DNA from: Stegostoma tigrinum
Taxonomy: Eukaryota
DNA: 64,000 bases
Direction of reading: 5' to 3'
NCBI RefSeq assembly: GCF_030684315.1
Contig: NC_081368.1
Span: 57,241,734 to 57,305,733, forward strand
Below the pieces are notes generated by a model. It worked only from the letters and a program-made list of their open reading frames with translations. It was not told where the DNA came from and ran no database searches. The position numbers and the translations under genes were made by a program. Below are positions 1 to 12,875 of the stretch, in pieces. Position 1 is the first letter of the stretch, and each line of letters starts with the position of its first letter.

Positions 1-244
1 GATTGAACAACTCAAAACTGAACAGTTATGCAGCGCTGTGAGAATGATTGGTTGTATTTTACCATGATTTGATCATAACAGCAAAATCAAGCAGCCAACT
101 CAGATTCAATGTGGTGTGTGGGACAGCCAGGTAAGCAGAGAATTAAAAATGAGGTGTTAACTTGATGAAGCTACAATGCATGACCGCATGCCTCCAAAAC
201 AATAGAAAATGGTATGCGATAGATAGAACTAAGCGATCCTACTA

Positions 245-900
245 GTATGCAGGCACAACAGCCAATGAGGAAGGCAAAAAGAGTTTTGGCATTTATTGCT
301 GAAGGATTAGAGTATAAGAGTAAGGAAGTGTTGCTGCAATTGTACAAGGCATTAGTGAGACCACACATGATGAACTGCATCCAATTTTGTCTCCCTTAGT
401 TCAGGAAAGATGTTGTTGTTATAGGTTCACTAGATTGATTCCAGAGATGAAGGGCTTGTCTTATGAAAAGAGATTGAGTTTATGCTTATACTCTCTGGAA
501 GAATGAAAGGAGATCTAATGGAGATTGAGAAGATGCTAAATGAGATTGACAAAGTAGAAGTGGAAAGGATGTTTCCTCATTTGGGACAATATAGAACAAA
601 AGTCATAGTTTTAGGATGAGGAAGTAAATTGAAAAAAAGAGATGAGGACAAATTCCTTCTTACAAAAGTATATGAATCTAATGCGTTCACTACCTCAGAG
701 TGTGGTAGATACTGGGACATTGAGTAACTTTAATAAAGAGATAGATAGAATTTTAATTAGTAATGAGTTGAAGGGTTGTGGAAAATGGGCAGGAAAGTGG
801 AGTTGAGGCTGAGATGAGAATAACCATGATTGTATCAAATGGTGGAGCAGGTTTGAGGGCCTGAATTGCGTATTCCTGCTCCCAGTTCTTATGTTCTTAT
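245..900 (+). mobile_element. CR1-clade (HER1-like) LINE, 5'-truncated 3' portion, decayed
   Basis: Translates as QQPMRKAKRVLAFIAEGLEYKSKEVLLQLYKALVRPH (CR1 ORF2 C-terminus). Ends in a CR1-type 3' UTR with tail 'ttcttatgttcttat'. Confidence 0.9.
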
Positions 901-1023
901 ATCCTACGGCTAATGAATCCAATTAGAGTCCTAGAAATCTGCTATGATTATACCCAAGCTCAATAATGGGGAAGTTCATGAAAAATACCATACCATTGAG
1001 TTGGCTGTGACAAAACTCCAAAC

Positions 1024-1332
1024 TGGAGTCCAGAACAAGGGGTCACTGTTCAAGGATACAGAGTAGGCCAATGAGCTGAAGCGAAACGTTTTCTCCAAGA
1101 GAGTGGTGAGCCTGTGGAATTCTCTGCTGCAGAAAGCAGTTGAGTCTAAAACATTGATTGTTTGCAAGAAATGATTGGATATATTTCTTAGGGCTAAAAG
1201 GATCAAAGGATATGGGGAGAAAGCAGGATCAGGTACTGATTTAGATAATTAACCATTGTCATGTTGAATGGCAGAGCAAGTTCAAAGGGCTGAATGGCCT
1301 ACTCCTGCTCCTTTTATCAATGCTCCTATGTT
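1024..1332 (+). mobile_element. CR1 LINE 3' end fragment
   Basis: 'agagagtggtgagcctgtggaattctctg' (RVVSLWNSL) and 3' UTR 'aagggctgaatggcctactcctgctcc...ctatgtt'. Confidence 0.85.
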
Positions 1333-1472
1333 GCATTCCTCTGCATCCTTCGCATCCTCTCTGAAACTTTTAATAAAGTTGACCAAGAAATTTCCATGAT
1401 TTTACAGATAAGTAGACTATGCTTTTTGGCTCCCCTCTTATCACAACACATCAAAAATACACTGGGTTTCTA

Positions 1473-1581
1473 GGGATCCTGTGGCATGGTGGTAGTGTCC
1501 CTGCTTCTGAGCAAGGAGGCTTGAGTTTAAGTCCCACCAACTCTAGAGATGTCTAAGAACATCTCTGAACAGGTTGATTAG
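1473..1581 (+). mobile_element. Short tRNA-derived SINE
   Basis: A-box-like 'gtggcatggtggtag' and B-box-like 'gagtttaagtccc'. A related copy lies in reverse at ~28186-28285. Confidence 0.6.
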
Positions 1582-1649
1582 AAGAAAATATCTGCCCTAG
1601 TTTTGTTCATTCTTCTTTACCTCTTACAAGCACTGACCACCTCCTTTAA

Positions 1650-2830
1650 TCATTTTTTTTGATGATGTAACTGGGAGGGTTGATGAGGGTAATGCGTTTG
1701 ATGTGGTCCACATGGACTTCAGGTAGGACTTTCAAGAAGGCCCCTCATGGCAGCCTTGTGAAGAAAATAGGTGCCAATGAGATCTAAGGCAAAGTGACAC
1801 CTTGGGTCCAAAACTGGCTGAAAGATAGGGAGCATGGGTGATATTAGAAGGATATTTCTGTGACTGCAGGTTGTTGAGTGGGGTTCTTGATGCCAGTGGC
1901 CTTGCTGCTTGTAGCGTTTGTTAATGATTTATACTTAAATGTAGGAGACTTGATGAAGAAGTTCACAGGTGACCTGGAAATTGTTCAGCTAGTAAATTTG
2001 GAGGAGGGAAGCTGTAAACTACAGGAGGATATCAACAAATTGCTCAGGTAGATAGACGAGAAGCAAATGGAATTCAATTCAGAGAGGCATGAGGTAATGC
2101 GCTGAAGGAAGACAAACAAGGCAAGTGAATACAGTATGCATGTTTGGATCCTGGAAAGTACTGAAGATCAGAGGGACCTCAGTATACCTATCCACAGATG
2201 CTGGAAGGTAGTAGGGTTCAGAAGGCATGTATTTGGCTTTATTAGCCAAGGACTAGAATGCAAGAGCAAGGACCTTATCCTGCAACTGCATGAAATGCAA
2301 GTTAGGCCCACAACTGGAGCTTTGCATACAGTTCCAGTCTTCAGGATGTAATTATACTAGAAGAGGTGTAGAAGAGAATTACCAGGAATAGCCTGGGAAG
2401 GAGATTCTGAGCTATGAGGAAAGATTAAAATGTTTGGTGTTAATTTCCGTCAAGATGCAGGTTCCTCATACAGATGTATGGTATTATAAATGCCATAGAT
2501 TGGGTGAATAGGGAGGCACTTTTTCCATTCGTAGAAGGATCAATAATTAGGAAATATGGATTTAAAATAAGAGGTAGAAGGTTTAGAGAAGAGTTGAGGA
2601 TTTTTTTTTCAATTCAAAGGGAGGTAGGTGTCTGGGACCTACTGCCTGAAAGGTAGTTTAGTTAGAACTCGTAATATCTAAGTTGTGTTTGGACATTAAC
2701 ACGTATTCCATAGCCTGCATAGCTGTGGGCCAAAAGCTGGAAACTGGAATTGATGTTGTCAGACCTTTATTACCTAGTACAAATACGGTGGGCTAATGGG
2801 CTCCTTTTGTCCCATAAACATCTATAAGTT
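1650..2830 (+). mobile_element. CR1 LINE RT domain and 3' end, heavily decayed
   Basis: FFDDVTGRVDEGNAFDVVHMDF...PHGSLVKK (RT motif) and later FGFISQGLECKSKDLILQL and LFPFVEGSI; many stops and frameshifts. Confidence 0.9.
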
Positions 2831-2899
2831 TCCTATTCCTCCTGTACATGCTACCCTTCAACAATATCATCTGAAAACAAAGCTTCAGTTTCCACAGTA

Positions 2900-3069
2900 A
2901 AACAGAAAGTACAGGAGAAACTCAAAAGTTTCTATTGACATCTGTGGAGGTAGAAATGTCTGATATGACTCTTCTACAGAACTGGCGACAGATGCTGCCA
3001 GGCCTGCTGAGCTTTTCCAGCGCTTTCAGCCCTTAGTTCAGATCTGCAGTATCTGCAGTATTTTGCTTC
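2900..3069. mobile_element. Fold-back Penelope-derived short element (older subfamily)
   Basis: Left arm 'aaacagaaagtacaggagaaactc...gacatctgt' is inverted relative to right arm 'acagatgctgccaggcctgctgagcttttccagcgctttc'. The right arm carries an extra tail 'gatctgcagtatctgcagtattttgcttc'. Confidence 0.7.
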
Positions 3070-3309
3070 TTTAGCGGCTTCTACATGTTCATTTCTAGTG
3101 CACAGCTTGACCTCACCATCACATCTCTCCACTGTTGCACTGTTTTTAAATTGTTGCATAGCTTGTCTGAAAGCAAGTGAGAAATTTTATACTGTTGAAT
3201 TTGACTATAATGTGTGGCTCAGCGTCAAATGTTGCATGGCAATCCTTGTAAAGGGCTTTGGGAGAATTTTCTTATCAATATGGAATATGAATTGAAGCAG
3301 TTGCAACAG

Positions 3310-3580
3310 TGTATCCAGCAAAGCTGTTCCTGTGGCGCTGTAATAGTGGCATCTACATGACAAGGTGAAAAATTGCTCAGATATGACCTGTCCCCTGCCA
3401 ATTACCGAACCGCCAGTTTACTCTCCATCATCGGCAAAGCGATGAGAAGAGCTGTTAATAGGGCTGTCAAGTGGAATTCTTTACAAAGAAGCTATGTAGG
3501 TTTCACCAAGATGATACAAACTGGATTACAGCCTTGGCCTAACATGTGCAAATGATCTGAATTCCAATGATGAGGTTAAA
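3310..3580 (+). mobile_element. CR1/L2-group LINE RT fragment (same family as 11050-14160)
   Basis: PANYRTASLLSIIGKAMRRAVNRAVK matches the 'NYRPISLLS..SK.ME' RT N-terminal motif. Confidence 0.75.
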
Positions 3581-4169
3581 GTGACAAATAAAAAGAGAAA
3601 CTGTTGGAGAAATACAACATCTACAAAGAGAAAGCAGCATCGACATTTTGAGTTCAGTGACCTTTCTCAGCATGTGCATGGAGCAATTCACCAGTATTAT
3701 CAGAGCCATGTTGGCTTCACCGTATGTGCACCTGACAGTTTCCATGGAGATGCTGATAACCACCAATGTAGAGCCAGATTCAGCACACGCAGTCTCTGCT
3801 GGATACGCACATGGACCTGCACTCCATCTCTATTGACTGTCGTGGATAACATCAATGGTAAGGTGAGCGGGAACAAGCAACTTTGACTTCACTCCCTTTG
3901 CATGTGATGCAGAAGACCAAGTCAATGACACTGGGATTACATCTGGCCAGGACCCTCTAAATTAGCTTGGATCCTCTTCATTCAAATGCTCCAGTGGAAA
4001 AACTAGTAAAATCCTCAAGAGCAAAGGGTGATCCCTGAGCATGTTATCACAACCTTGGCTGTGGAAGTAAGGGCAAGTAAAGACATGAGGGTGAGAAAGA
4101 AAAAATAACTTGCTGAGTGCACGGAGGTAGCACTGGTAACATAGCAGTAAAAATTACATGGCAATTTAA

Positions 4170-4198
4170 AATATATATATTTTATATATATATATATA
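4170..4198. repeat. (AT)n microsatellite, interrupted
   Basis: 'atatatatattttatatatatatatata'. Confidence 0.9.
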
Positions 4199-4477
4199 GA
4201 CACACTCACACTCTTAAAATGCTTCTTTCATTTTCAACACTGGTTAGGTCACAGCCATTTGCAAGATAACCAGCGCCATCAGACATCCTGATGATGGAAG
4301 AAGTTATAATGGCCAAATATTGCTCATCTTTGACAAGTAACTGATTCCTTGACTACAGGTAACATTGCACCATGGACGCTGATGACTGCAACCCAGGCCT
4401 TGTACTTAAATATGGACGACACTGAAATTAAAATTAATGTGTGCTCTGGTCTGACATACACATTTCATTTTACACTT

Positions 4478-4498
4478 ACACACACACACACACACACA
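4478..4498. repeat. (CA)n microsatellite
   Basis: About 10 CA units. Confidence 0.95.
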
Positions 4499-7400
4499 GT
4501 GCAAGAGTGTGAGGCAGTGATAATTTCAAACATCTCTGGATGCAGAGCTTCTTTTATGCATTAGTGTTTCCAGGGAGTGCACATGCAATTGGAGACCAGG
4601 AGATGTACAATGGGAAGTTCACTCTTCTTCATTGTGTGGCTTCTCTCTGCAGATCTTCATGCTCTTACAGGTTTGAAGATTTGTTGCAGAATGCACAAGG
4701 ATTTCACGGCAATATAATGGAAGGGGGTGGCTCAGGTTTCCACTCAACCTTGTATCTTTCATGAGAGACATCACTGCACAACTGCCAGCTATCAGTTGTT
4801 GACTGAAGCCTTATAAACTGCCTAACCAAAGCACCATGCGATGTTCGTGCTCTGGCTGCTTTTACATTGATAGTCAGAATTGTGAAAATGTACTTGAAAG
4901 TCAAAGAATTCAACGATACCATGCATATCATCCTATGGATCAGTAAACATTTATTCAGCAGCAGAAAAATTGAAGGATTGTAGAGATAAGAAGGTTGACA
5001 TACCAGAAGCTGCTTGCTGTAAAGCCAACTAAAGTTACACAGCGAAAGTAAGTCCATACAGTTCTCATTCATCCTAGCAAGGAGTTTGAATTAGTTTCCC
5101 CGTGGCTTCTCGTGCTCAATGATGCATTAATTTAATATTCTCTTTCGAATGTCCCTCCTAGTCTATGCCTTGGTCAGTTGTGTTACTTTCTGTTGGTTCC
5201 ATGTCATGCAGTCCCTGATCTGCCCAAAGTGTGGATTTGGCCATTGTTGCACTCTGTTGATGAATAATTGTTTACTGATCAATATTACTGAGTGTGTGGC
5301 ATCATCAGCTGATCTCACCTTAAGGTGTCTGCACTCTCTTCTTACCATTCAACAGAAAGCAGGAGTCAGTGAGAAAAGACAGTAATATCCGATGACGTGA
5401 GGTTAAATGAGTTCCTCGGTTTCAGTCGGCAAATGATATCCCTTGATGTGCAGTACAGTCCCTCAAAATAGGCCACAGGCTGGGAGAAAAGCTGTAGCAC
5501 TTCCTTTGTACTTTCCTATCATTGCATTATTGTCAACATTTCAGAGTTTGTGTAAATGACTGAAATGCTGTTAAATGCTTGAGCGTCTCGTAGAACAGCA
5601 TTTAACCTGAAAAAAGGCAACACCTTGTACAGCTCCTCTCAACAGGTCACTGGAATTCCCATTGTACACCCAGCATTGAAAGTTAGTGCACTTACTTTAA
5701 AAAGCTGCGAGAGAGTATGAACTTCTGCCTCCAAAGGTGTGTTGAATCATCCCTGTTTCCATGCTCCCATTCAGAAAAAAGATGGGGGATATATGCACAG
5801 CAGACCCTAGCATAATACCTGCACATTTCTGTTGGCCTCAGTATCATTTACACTGTAGTGCAATATTTTGGCTACAGTGAACAAAATGACCTGTGAAGGA
5901 TCTTGATAACTTCTGAGGCTATCTGCAATCAGATTTAAGAATTCAACTGCTTGTCTGAGGTGAACAATTTTGATTACAACTTCTTTAGTCCTTGGAATAC
6001 CTGAAGAAGCTATTTTTATCTTAAATGAGTGTGACCTCACTACATTTCACAGCTACATGAAAAAAAATTGGAGCAGACAATTTAAGATGAACAATACAGA
6101 GTCATCCATGCCACTTTTGTGTCCTCAGCATGTTGTTTTCTTCCTTTTTCCATCTACTATCTGGAGGTGACATGTGCAGCTGGGGTGGAGGGAACTGCTC
6201 TGTAATTAGCTCCATTGGACCTCTCAAGTCAAACCCAAGGTGCTTTTGTCTGGAGTGCCCAAACATGCTGTGTGTATCCCGGCTTGATGCAAACTCACCC
6301 TTTTCAATTTGCCTGCTTCAGGATCACAGACAGTTGAACATGGAGCAGATGGGCGCTTGTGGAATGTGCTATCAGGAATCTCTGGGGTTCCTGTGTCGGG
6401 GTGGCACTTACTCTTGTGGAGCACAGAGGATCATTCCATAACTGTTGACACAGCTAAGCATTCCTTTTAGTGCCAGTGACCAAGCTGACCTCTACCATTA
6501 TCTATCTCTGGGCTGGCTCTGCATGGTTTTGTGGCACTGCTTTGTGAACCACCTCATCTAGCAGACCATCTGACACCTGTCAACAAAGCGTCAGTTAATT
6601 GGCCTTTTTGGACCATGTGCTTGTGATCTCCGATCTTTATATCCACATCCTTTCAGCTCTTTGCTGAATACAAAGGGGTGGCTTGGCACACTAATCATTC
6701 AGTTTCTCAGCCACTCATTAGAAGCAACAGCTTATAGCAAATGGTAGTACAGAATTGCTAGCTATCTTTTGGGCATTGATGACTTCACAGTCTAGAGAAT
6801 TTCTGTCTCTGTATTATTCACATTCAAACCGTCCCCTAGCCCAGGAGCTGGAGAATTGTTGACATGATGATAACTCCTGGTTTCCACAATTATCCATAGT
6901 CAAAATAAAGTTTATTTTGCCTGGGAAATGTCTGCTCTAAACACATGCCCACAGTGCCTTTTGTTCTCGGGCAACTTCTACCGCTTCAACAAAGCAACAG
7001 TGTAAACATAATTCACAATGAGTTCCAGTTACTTGTTATCATTAAGTTTAACAACTCCTCACATATCCTTCATTTTTAGCAGAATCCCTTTCCTATTTTG
7101 GTTGGCAATCCGAAATAATGTAAAATAAAAAAGATGTGTATTTTCTACAACACAGCATTAGATTGTTCACAAAAGTCAAAATGCAAAACCCCTTCATCAA
7201 CATACTCTTCTTCTGTGACTATGATACCTGGAATCTACCACAAGCACATTAGGCAGATGGAACAAATTCACACACACACTTTTTGCTCTGTCCTTGGCAT
7301 TGACTAACTATAATGGATTATAAAGTGCCCTGCTCTAACGTCTTTAGTAATAACTTGTAATACTTTTCCTATGATATAATTTTTTGTGGTATATGTACTG

Positions 7401-8178
7401 TCTAGCTACTGAAATGACATTTACACAATGTAAGCACACCGAGTATTATACATGCTGAATGTGAGAATCTTGGCATTTAGAGACTTAATCAGAAATATAC
7501 AGTGAAGGCAGCTTGTGATAGCACCTGTTATACAATATTGACTTGAAATCAGTGCTTCATTGTTCACCTCAACATTCATCTAACCTGCTCTCTTAATGTC
7601 ACACAGAAGAAAATGTGTTAAGCTACAGAAAAGCCTCCTTGAGACACTCTTTAAAGTAACCATCACAAACTTACAAACTAGTTGCCAGTTAATCTCTACT
7701 AGCCCTGAGCTTGTGGAAGTGTTTGGTGAGTTGAAGAGTTGTTTAGAGACGCTAAATTAATTTGGTGCTGCATATGATGGAAGGCTTGATTATGATTTCA
7801 ACGGATCTGGTCAGATGACCTGCACCCAGAGTGTAATGGTTAAACTTCCCTATGGGAGAGTAAAAATAACAAAGAAGAGGAAAATGTTCATGAAGAGGGA
7901 TAGAGGAAGGAGAGAAGGACTTTCAGCTGCTGGCTTTTACCACCAAGAGTTTTAGAATAGCTCTTATACCTCCAGCTATGGCCGTGAAATGTCTGTGGCC
8001 TTAAAAATATATGGAAACATTCTAGACTTGAGTAAATGCCATACATAATATTTACCAATTCATTATTTGCTGGTCCATCAAAGAAATCCTAGGCACTCTA
8101 TACCAGCACAGGAGAAATTGTTGTCATCTTTTTGAACAGAAGGGAACAGGCAGAGCGCATGTGACTTTACCAGGATGA

Positions 8179-8453
8179 CAATACCTCTATTTCCTTAGAA
8201 GGTTAAAGAAATTCAGCATGTCCAAAATGACTCTGATCAATTTTCATAGAGGCACCACAGGAAGCATCCTATCCAGAAGCATCACAGCTTGGAATGTTAA
8301 CTGCTCTGCCCAAAACTGTAATTAGTTGCGAACACAATTCAGTCAATCATGCATTGATTCCATTGACTCCATCTATACTTCCACAGCCTTGGGAAAGCAG
8401 CTAACATAATCAAAGATATCTCCCACCCTGGTTGTACTCTCTTCCCAGTTCTT
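8179..8453 (+). mobile_element. Rex1/Babar LINE ORF C-terminal fragment
   Basis: QYLYFLRRLKKFSMSKMTLINFHRGTTGSILSRSITAWNVNCSAQ...SIDSIYTS...GKAANIIKDISHPG, the characteristic Rex/Babar C-terminal region. Confidence 0.85.
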
Positions 8454-8732
8454 GCTTTCTCTATTCAGCCATCAAGTCTGCTCTGCCATTCAGTGAGATT
8501 ACGACTGATCCAATAACGAAGCTCCACTCTCCGCCTTTTCTCATACCCTTTGATTCTCTTACTGATTGAAAAGCTATCTACTTCAGCCATGAAAGGGACC
8601 GCCCTCAACAGACTTCCGCAGCAAAGAATCTCACACCATCTGAGGGAAGAAATTCCTCCTGATCTTTGTCATAAATGCTCCCACAAGGGGAAAATACCTT
8701 TCTGCATCTAGCCTGTCAAGTCTCCTAAGAAT

Positions 8733-9460
8733 AGATTGAGATTTAGATTTGATTGTCATGTGTATTAAAATACAGAAGTACAGGAGTACATCAAAATTGC
8801 AATATGTCATCACTCATGGTGCCATTATAGGTACCAAAGTACCTAGGTAAACAAAATGCTTAGTTACAAAGTAATGAGAGAAATGAGAGTTAAAAAGTTA
8901 AGCATTACTTCATAGAATAGAAGAAAAATAAAGAAATAGAAAAGAGTTTCATTAAAGTCATTTATTGTTTAAACTAGGAGAAAAAAGGAAGTAGTTAAAA
9001 GTTCCACAGTCTTCGATGAGCCCTCCACTTATTTTACTCGCTGGGAGACCTCAGTTGTCTGTTCCTGATGCTCCCCACTGATACTGTCGCTGCTGCTAAA
9101 TTTGCTGCCTCTCTGATCTCCCCGGTGCCTTGGGAACATACCTAGGTGGGATCCACTCACATGCTGAACCAAGACACTGCCATGAGTCGCTGAGTGACCG
9201 GCCAACGTACTAGCAAGACACCAGGCGTTGAGATGCCAAGAGACCAGCTGGGATCCGCTACAAGCCTCTGGGAGACCAGGCTGGGACCCCCCACAACCCA
9301 CTGAGAGACCAGGCGGGGACCCCCCACAAGCACTGAAAGACCAAGTTGGGACCCACCTATAGACCAAAGGGGGAGAAAAAGAGAGAAAAAAAGAAAGAAA
9401 CAGAAGGAGTAGAAGAGCTCTGGTTGGCATATCCTACGCCATCACCATCTTGACCAGGAA
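8733..9460 (-). mobile_element. Non-autonomous retroelement with Rex/Babar-like 3' tail and internal minisatellite
   Basis: The minus strand begins 'ttcctggtcaagatggtgatggcg' and ends 'gtactcctgtac...acacatgacaatcaaatctaaatctcaatct'. It is flanked by aagaat/aagaaa and interrupts a CR1. Confidence 0.6.
9240..9366. repeat. ~32-bp GC-rich minisatellite, about 4 degenerate units
   Basis: Units of the form 'gagaccaggctgggacccccacaa(g/c)cact(g)'. Confidence 0.8.
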
Positions 9461-12080
9461 GAAATTGTATGTTTCAATAAGGGTGCTACTCATTCGTCTA
9501 TTTTCCAACAAGTGCAGGCCCAACATTTCAACCTCTCCTCATAAGCCAGTGCATCCATACCTGGTATCAGCCAGTAAACCTTGTCTTAAAAATTCACTAT
9601 ATAAGTGCAAATTCTTTTTTGAATGCAGGCAGCAGTCATGACATTTGTATTCCGTGGAGTTTGCTGCTTCTTGAGTCTTTCAATTACTGTATCAAAACAG
9701 AAGGTGGCTGTTGGGTTGAAACCTGCCAGTGATTTAACTCCTCATAACAACTGGATTCAGCCAGCTCCTATTCAATGAAAGCAAGGGCTCTATGAGAAAC
9801 AGTCTAATGAGAAAAACACAGTGTGTTGCTGAATCAACACATCTGCTGCATCAACATTCTCACAGAGGCAGCAGTCCCATTTTATAGGAGTCTGACCTAT
9901 CATTCCAAAACCTGGTCATCGTGGGGATAACTCTTTTGCGACAAGGTATATAGTGAGCAGGCCAGGGAAGGTAAGGGAAAGAAGAGAAAGGAGTAGGCAG
10001 CGAGCAAGTCCCTATTCCTATTGGCTGTCCAAGATCTACTCATCAAATAATTGATCTATTGGATATTATTATTCTATTGATTCTCAACTGTACAACATTC
10101 CAAAAACTTACCATCCATCTGCTATGGATAATACAAACTCATTATCTTCAGTTTCCTTCCTGTTAATACTACTTCCAGAGTGGCCCCAAACCCCAAAGGA
10201 TAAATACTCATCATTCCAAAAAATGTAATATATCCCTTTTAATTGATCTACATAATTAAAAGGTCTTTACTTTGAAAACAAAACCATTATAAATTTGCCA
10301 AATATTTTAAAGTAATTACCATTTTTTAAAAAAAACTACTTCTGCATTCATGAATCATCCATTGAGTGCTTTTTGAGCTTCTCTCAACTGGACCATATTG
10401 GAATGTCTCTGAAGTGAGGTGTTTATCCCTATTTTACATTGAGCTGAAAGTGTATTTCAAAACATTCCCACATTTACCATTCATCAAAGGCACTACTCTC
10501 ATGTAAGCTTCGTCTCCCAGTTGAGGTGCACAGCCACTCAACAACTTGTTTGTCTGCTGTCTGTAGCTTTACAAACAGTTACGGTTTAATCATGCATTGT
10601 GATTCCAATGCCTGATTACTGGTGTTATCCAATTTTCCTCCCACTGTGTTACAAAATAAATTATTATTACAGCAGTGACAGGGTTGAATAGCACATAGGT
10701 TTGTCACAATTATCCAGTGAATACTGAAATTAAGTAAAAGAAAGGCTTTTAACCAAGTTCATAATAATACTTGCAGCAATTAAAATATACAACAAACTGA
10801 AAAATGGTGAGAGTATAAAACTCCTGACCACTTTTATTAAGAAAGTATACATTTATCAAAAACATGGAAAAAGAAATAGAAGGATGTATCAGAGGGTTGA
10901 GATGAAGATAGGAGGAGGTTAATGGGAATCATAAATAACATTGCAATATATGACCTGTTTCCATGCTGTGAAATTGTAATGGATGCTTGCGGGTTTCTAG
11001 TGTATTTCCCCATAGTGAATGAGAGTAATAAATTTATGTAATGAGAGGATTTTATTTAATTGTTCATGTGATATGTATCACTGGTTAGGTTATCACTTAA
11101 TGCCCTTCTCCAATTGCCCTAGGCAAGGTGGAGGTAGATTTCTTTCTTAAATTATTGCAGTCCTTGGGGTGTAGTGACACACAGATTGCTGTTAGGTGGT
11201 GGGTTGTATGATTTTGCCTGAGCAGCAGTAAAGAAGTGGCAATATGCTCTCAAGGTACAATGGTAGGTAGCATGAAGGTGGTGCTCCCATGCATCCATTT
11301 CTCTTGGCCTTCTTGCTGGCAGAGGTTATGAGTTTGGGTGGTGCTATCTGAGGAACCTTGGTGAGTTGTTGCAGTTCACTGTGTGTCATGGTAAAGGGAA
11401 TGAATGACAAGCTGATGGTTGGGACATTAATCAAGCTAGCCGATTCATCCTGGGCGTGTCAACCTTCTAAATGCTGTTGGAGCCTCATTCATTCAAGTAA
11501 GCGGGGAATATTCCATCAAACTCTTGATTTGTGCCTTGTAGAAAATGGAAAGGCATTGGGGAAACAGAAGGAGAATTGTTCGCTGTAGAGTTCCTGGTCT
11601 CTTACCTGACTTTGTAGCTAGGGTACTTATATGGCTAATACAGTTCACATGCAGGTCAATCGTAATTCTCAGGATGTTGATAATAGGGGATTCAGTGACG
11701 GAATGCCATCATAAAAGTGTAATAAGTAGATGACCATTTGTTGGCAATGGTCATTGCATGGCACTTGTGAAGTACAAATATTACTTACCATATAACAGCT
11801 AAGTCTAGATGTTATTTGGTTCTTGCCTCATATGGACATCAAATCATAGAATCTCTACAGTGCAGACATGGATTGCTTTATGTCTGAGTTTTGCAAATGG
11901 AGTTAAACATTGTTCAACCACTCGCAAACATCTCCATTTCTGACCTTATGATGGAGGAAAGGTCGTTCATGAAGCAGCTGAAGATGTTTACATCCAAGAT
12001 ATGACACTGAGAAATTCTTGAATTGACGTCCTGTGGCTGTGATAATTGAGATAAAATAACCAGATCTATCTTGCTTTGTG

Positions 12081-12246
12081 AGATAACAAGGTGTAGAACT
12101 GGATGAACACAGCAGGCCAAGCAGCATCAGAGGAGCAGGAAGGCTGATGTTTCGGGTCAAGACTGATGCTGCTTGACCTGCTGTGTTCATCCAGCTCTAA
12201 ACCTGGTTATCACAGACTCTCCAGCATTGGCAGTTCCTATTATCTC
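12081..12246. mobile_element. Fold-back Penelope pLTR-derived mini-element with 14-bp TSD
   Basis: Inverted arms 'ctggatgaacacagcaggccaagcagcatc' and 'gatgctgcttgacctgctgtgttcatccag'. TSD tatcttgctttgtg (12067-12080) / tagcttgctttgtg (12247-12260). Confidence 0.9.
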
Positions 12247-12561
12247 TAGCTTGCTTTGTGTTAGGTATGACTAAGCAGCAGAGCTTTTTGCTTCCATATT
12301 TCCATTCATTCCTGTTTTTCTAGAGTTCGTTGATGCTATATTCACTTAATGCTGCCTTGATGTTAATGGTCACCTGACCTCACCTCCAGCATTCAGTTTG
12401 TTTAGCCAGGTTTGGACCATGTCCATAGTGAGGCCAGGAGTCCCTCAACTCTGCTAGAATCCAAACTGGGTGTCAATGAGCACATTGTAAGTACCGCTTG
12501 ATAGAACATTGGTGATGACCCCATCTATAATTTTGCTAATGGTGGAGAGGAGATTGATAAG

Positions 12562-12875
12562 GCTTACATTAGATTCCCTACAGTGTGGAAGCAGGCCCTT
12601 CAGCTCAACAAGTCCACACCACCCCTTGAAGCATCCCTCCCAGACCCACTCCCCTACAACCTACACACCCCTGCACACTATGGGCAATTTAGCATGGCCG
12701 ATCCACCTAGCGTGCACATCTTTGGACTGTGGGAGGAAACCAGAGCATGCGAAGGAAACCCACGCAGACACGGGGAGAATGTGCAAACTCCACAGAGACA
12801 GTCGTCTGAGGCTGGAATTGAACCTGGGTCCCTGGCACTGTGAGGCTGCAGTGCTAATCGCTGAGCCACCATGCC
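12562..12875 (-). mobile_element. HE1-type tRNA-derived SINE (V-domain core, CR1/HER1-type tail), full length
   Basis: Minus strand has A box 'ggcatggtggctcagcgattagc', B box 'ggttcaattcc' and core 'tgtggagtttgcacattctccccgtgtctgcgtgggtttcc'. TSD gattgataag (12552-12561) / gactgataag (12876-12885). Confidence 0.92.

Larger units (their letters stand above)
8455..9586 (-). mobile_element. CR1 LINE 3' end, split by a nested insertion at 8733-9460
   Basis: The minus strand reads ILRRLDRLDAERYFPLVG at 8680-8732. CR1 sequence resumes at ~9465 ('ttgtatgtttcaataag'). Confidence 0.8.

Noticed and set aside
3600-3990. GC-richer segment with ORFs of 101 and 62 aa
   Set aside because: No recognisable domain or splice structure; probably an old transposon remnant that could not be classified by eye.
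9240-9366. Regularly spaced ~32-bp repeats resembling a CRISPR array
   Set aside because: Degenerate head-to-tail minisatellite with no unique spacers, in a vertebrate context with no cas genes.
12800-12875. tRNA-like A and B boxes
   Set aside because: This is the SINE head, continuous with the SINE core and bounded by a TSD; not a tRNA gene.
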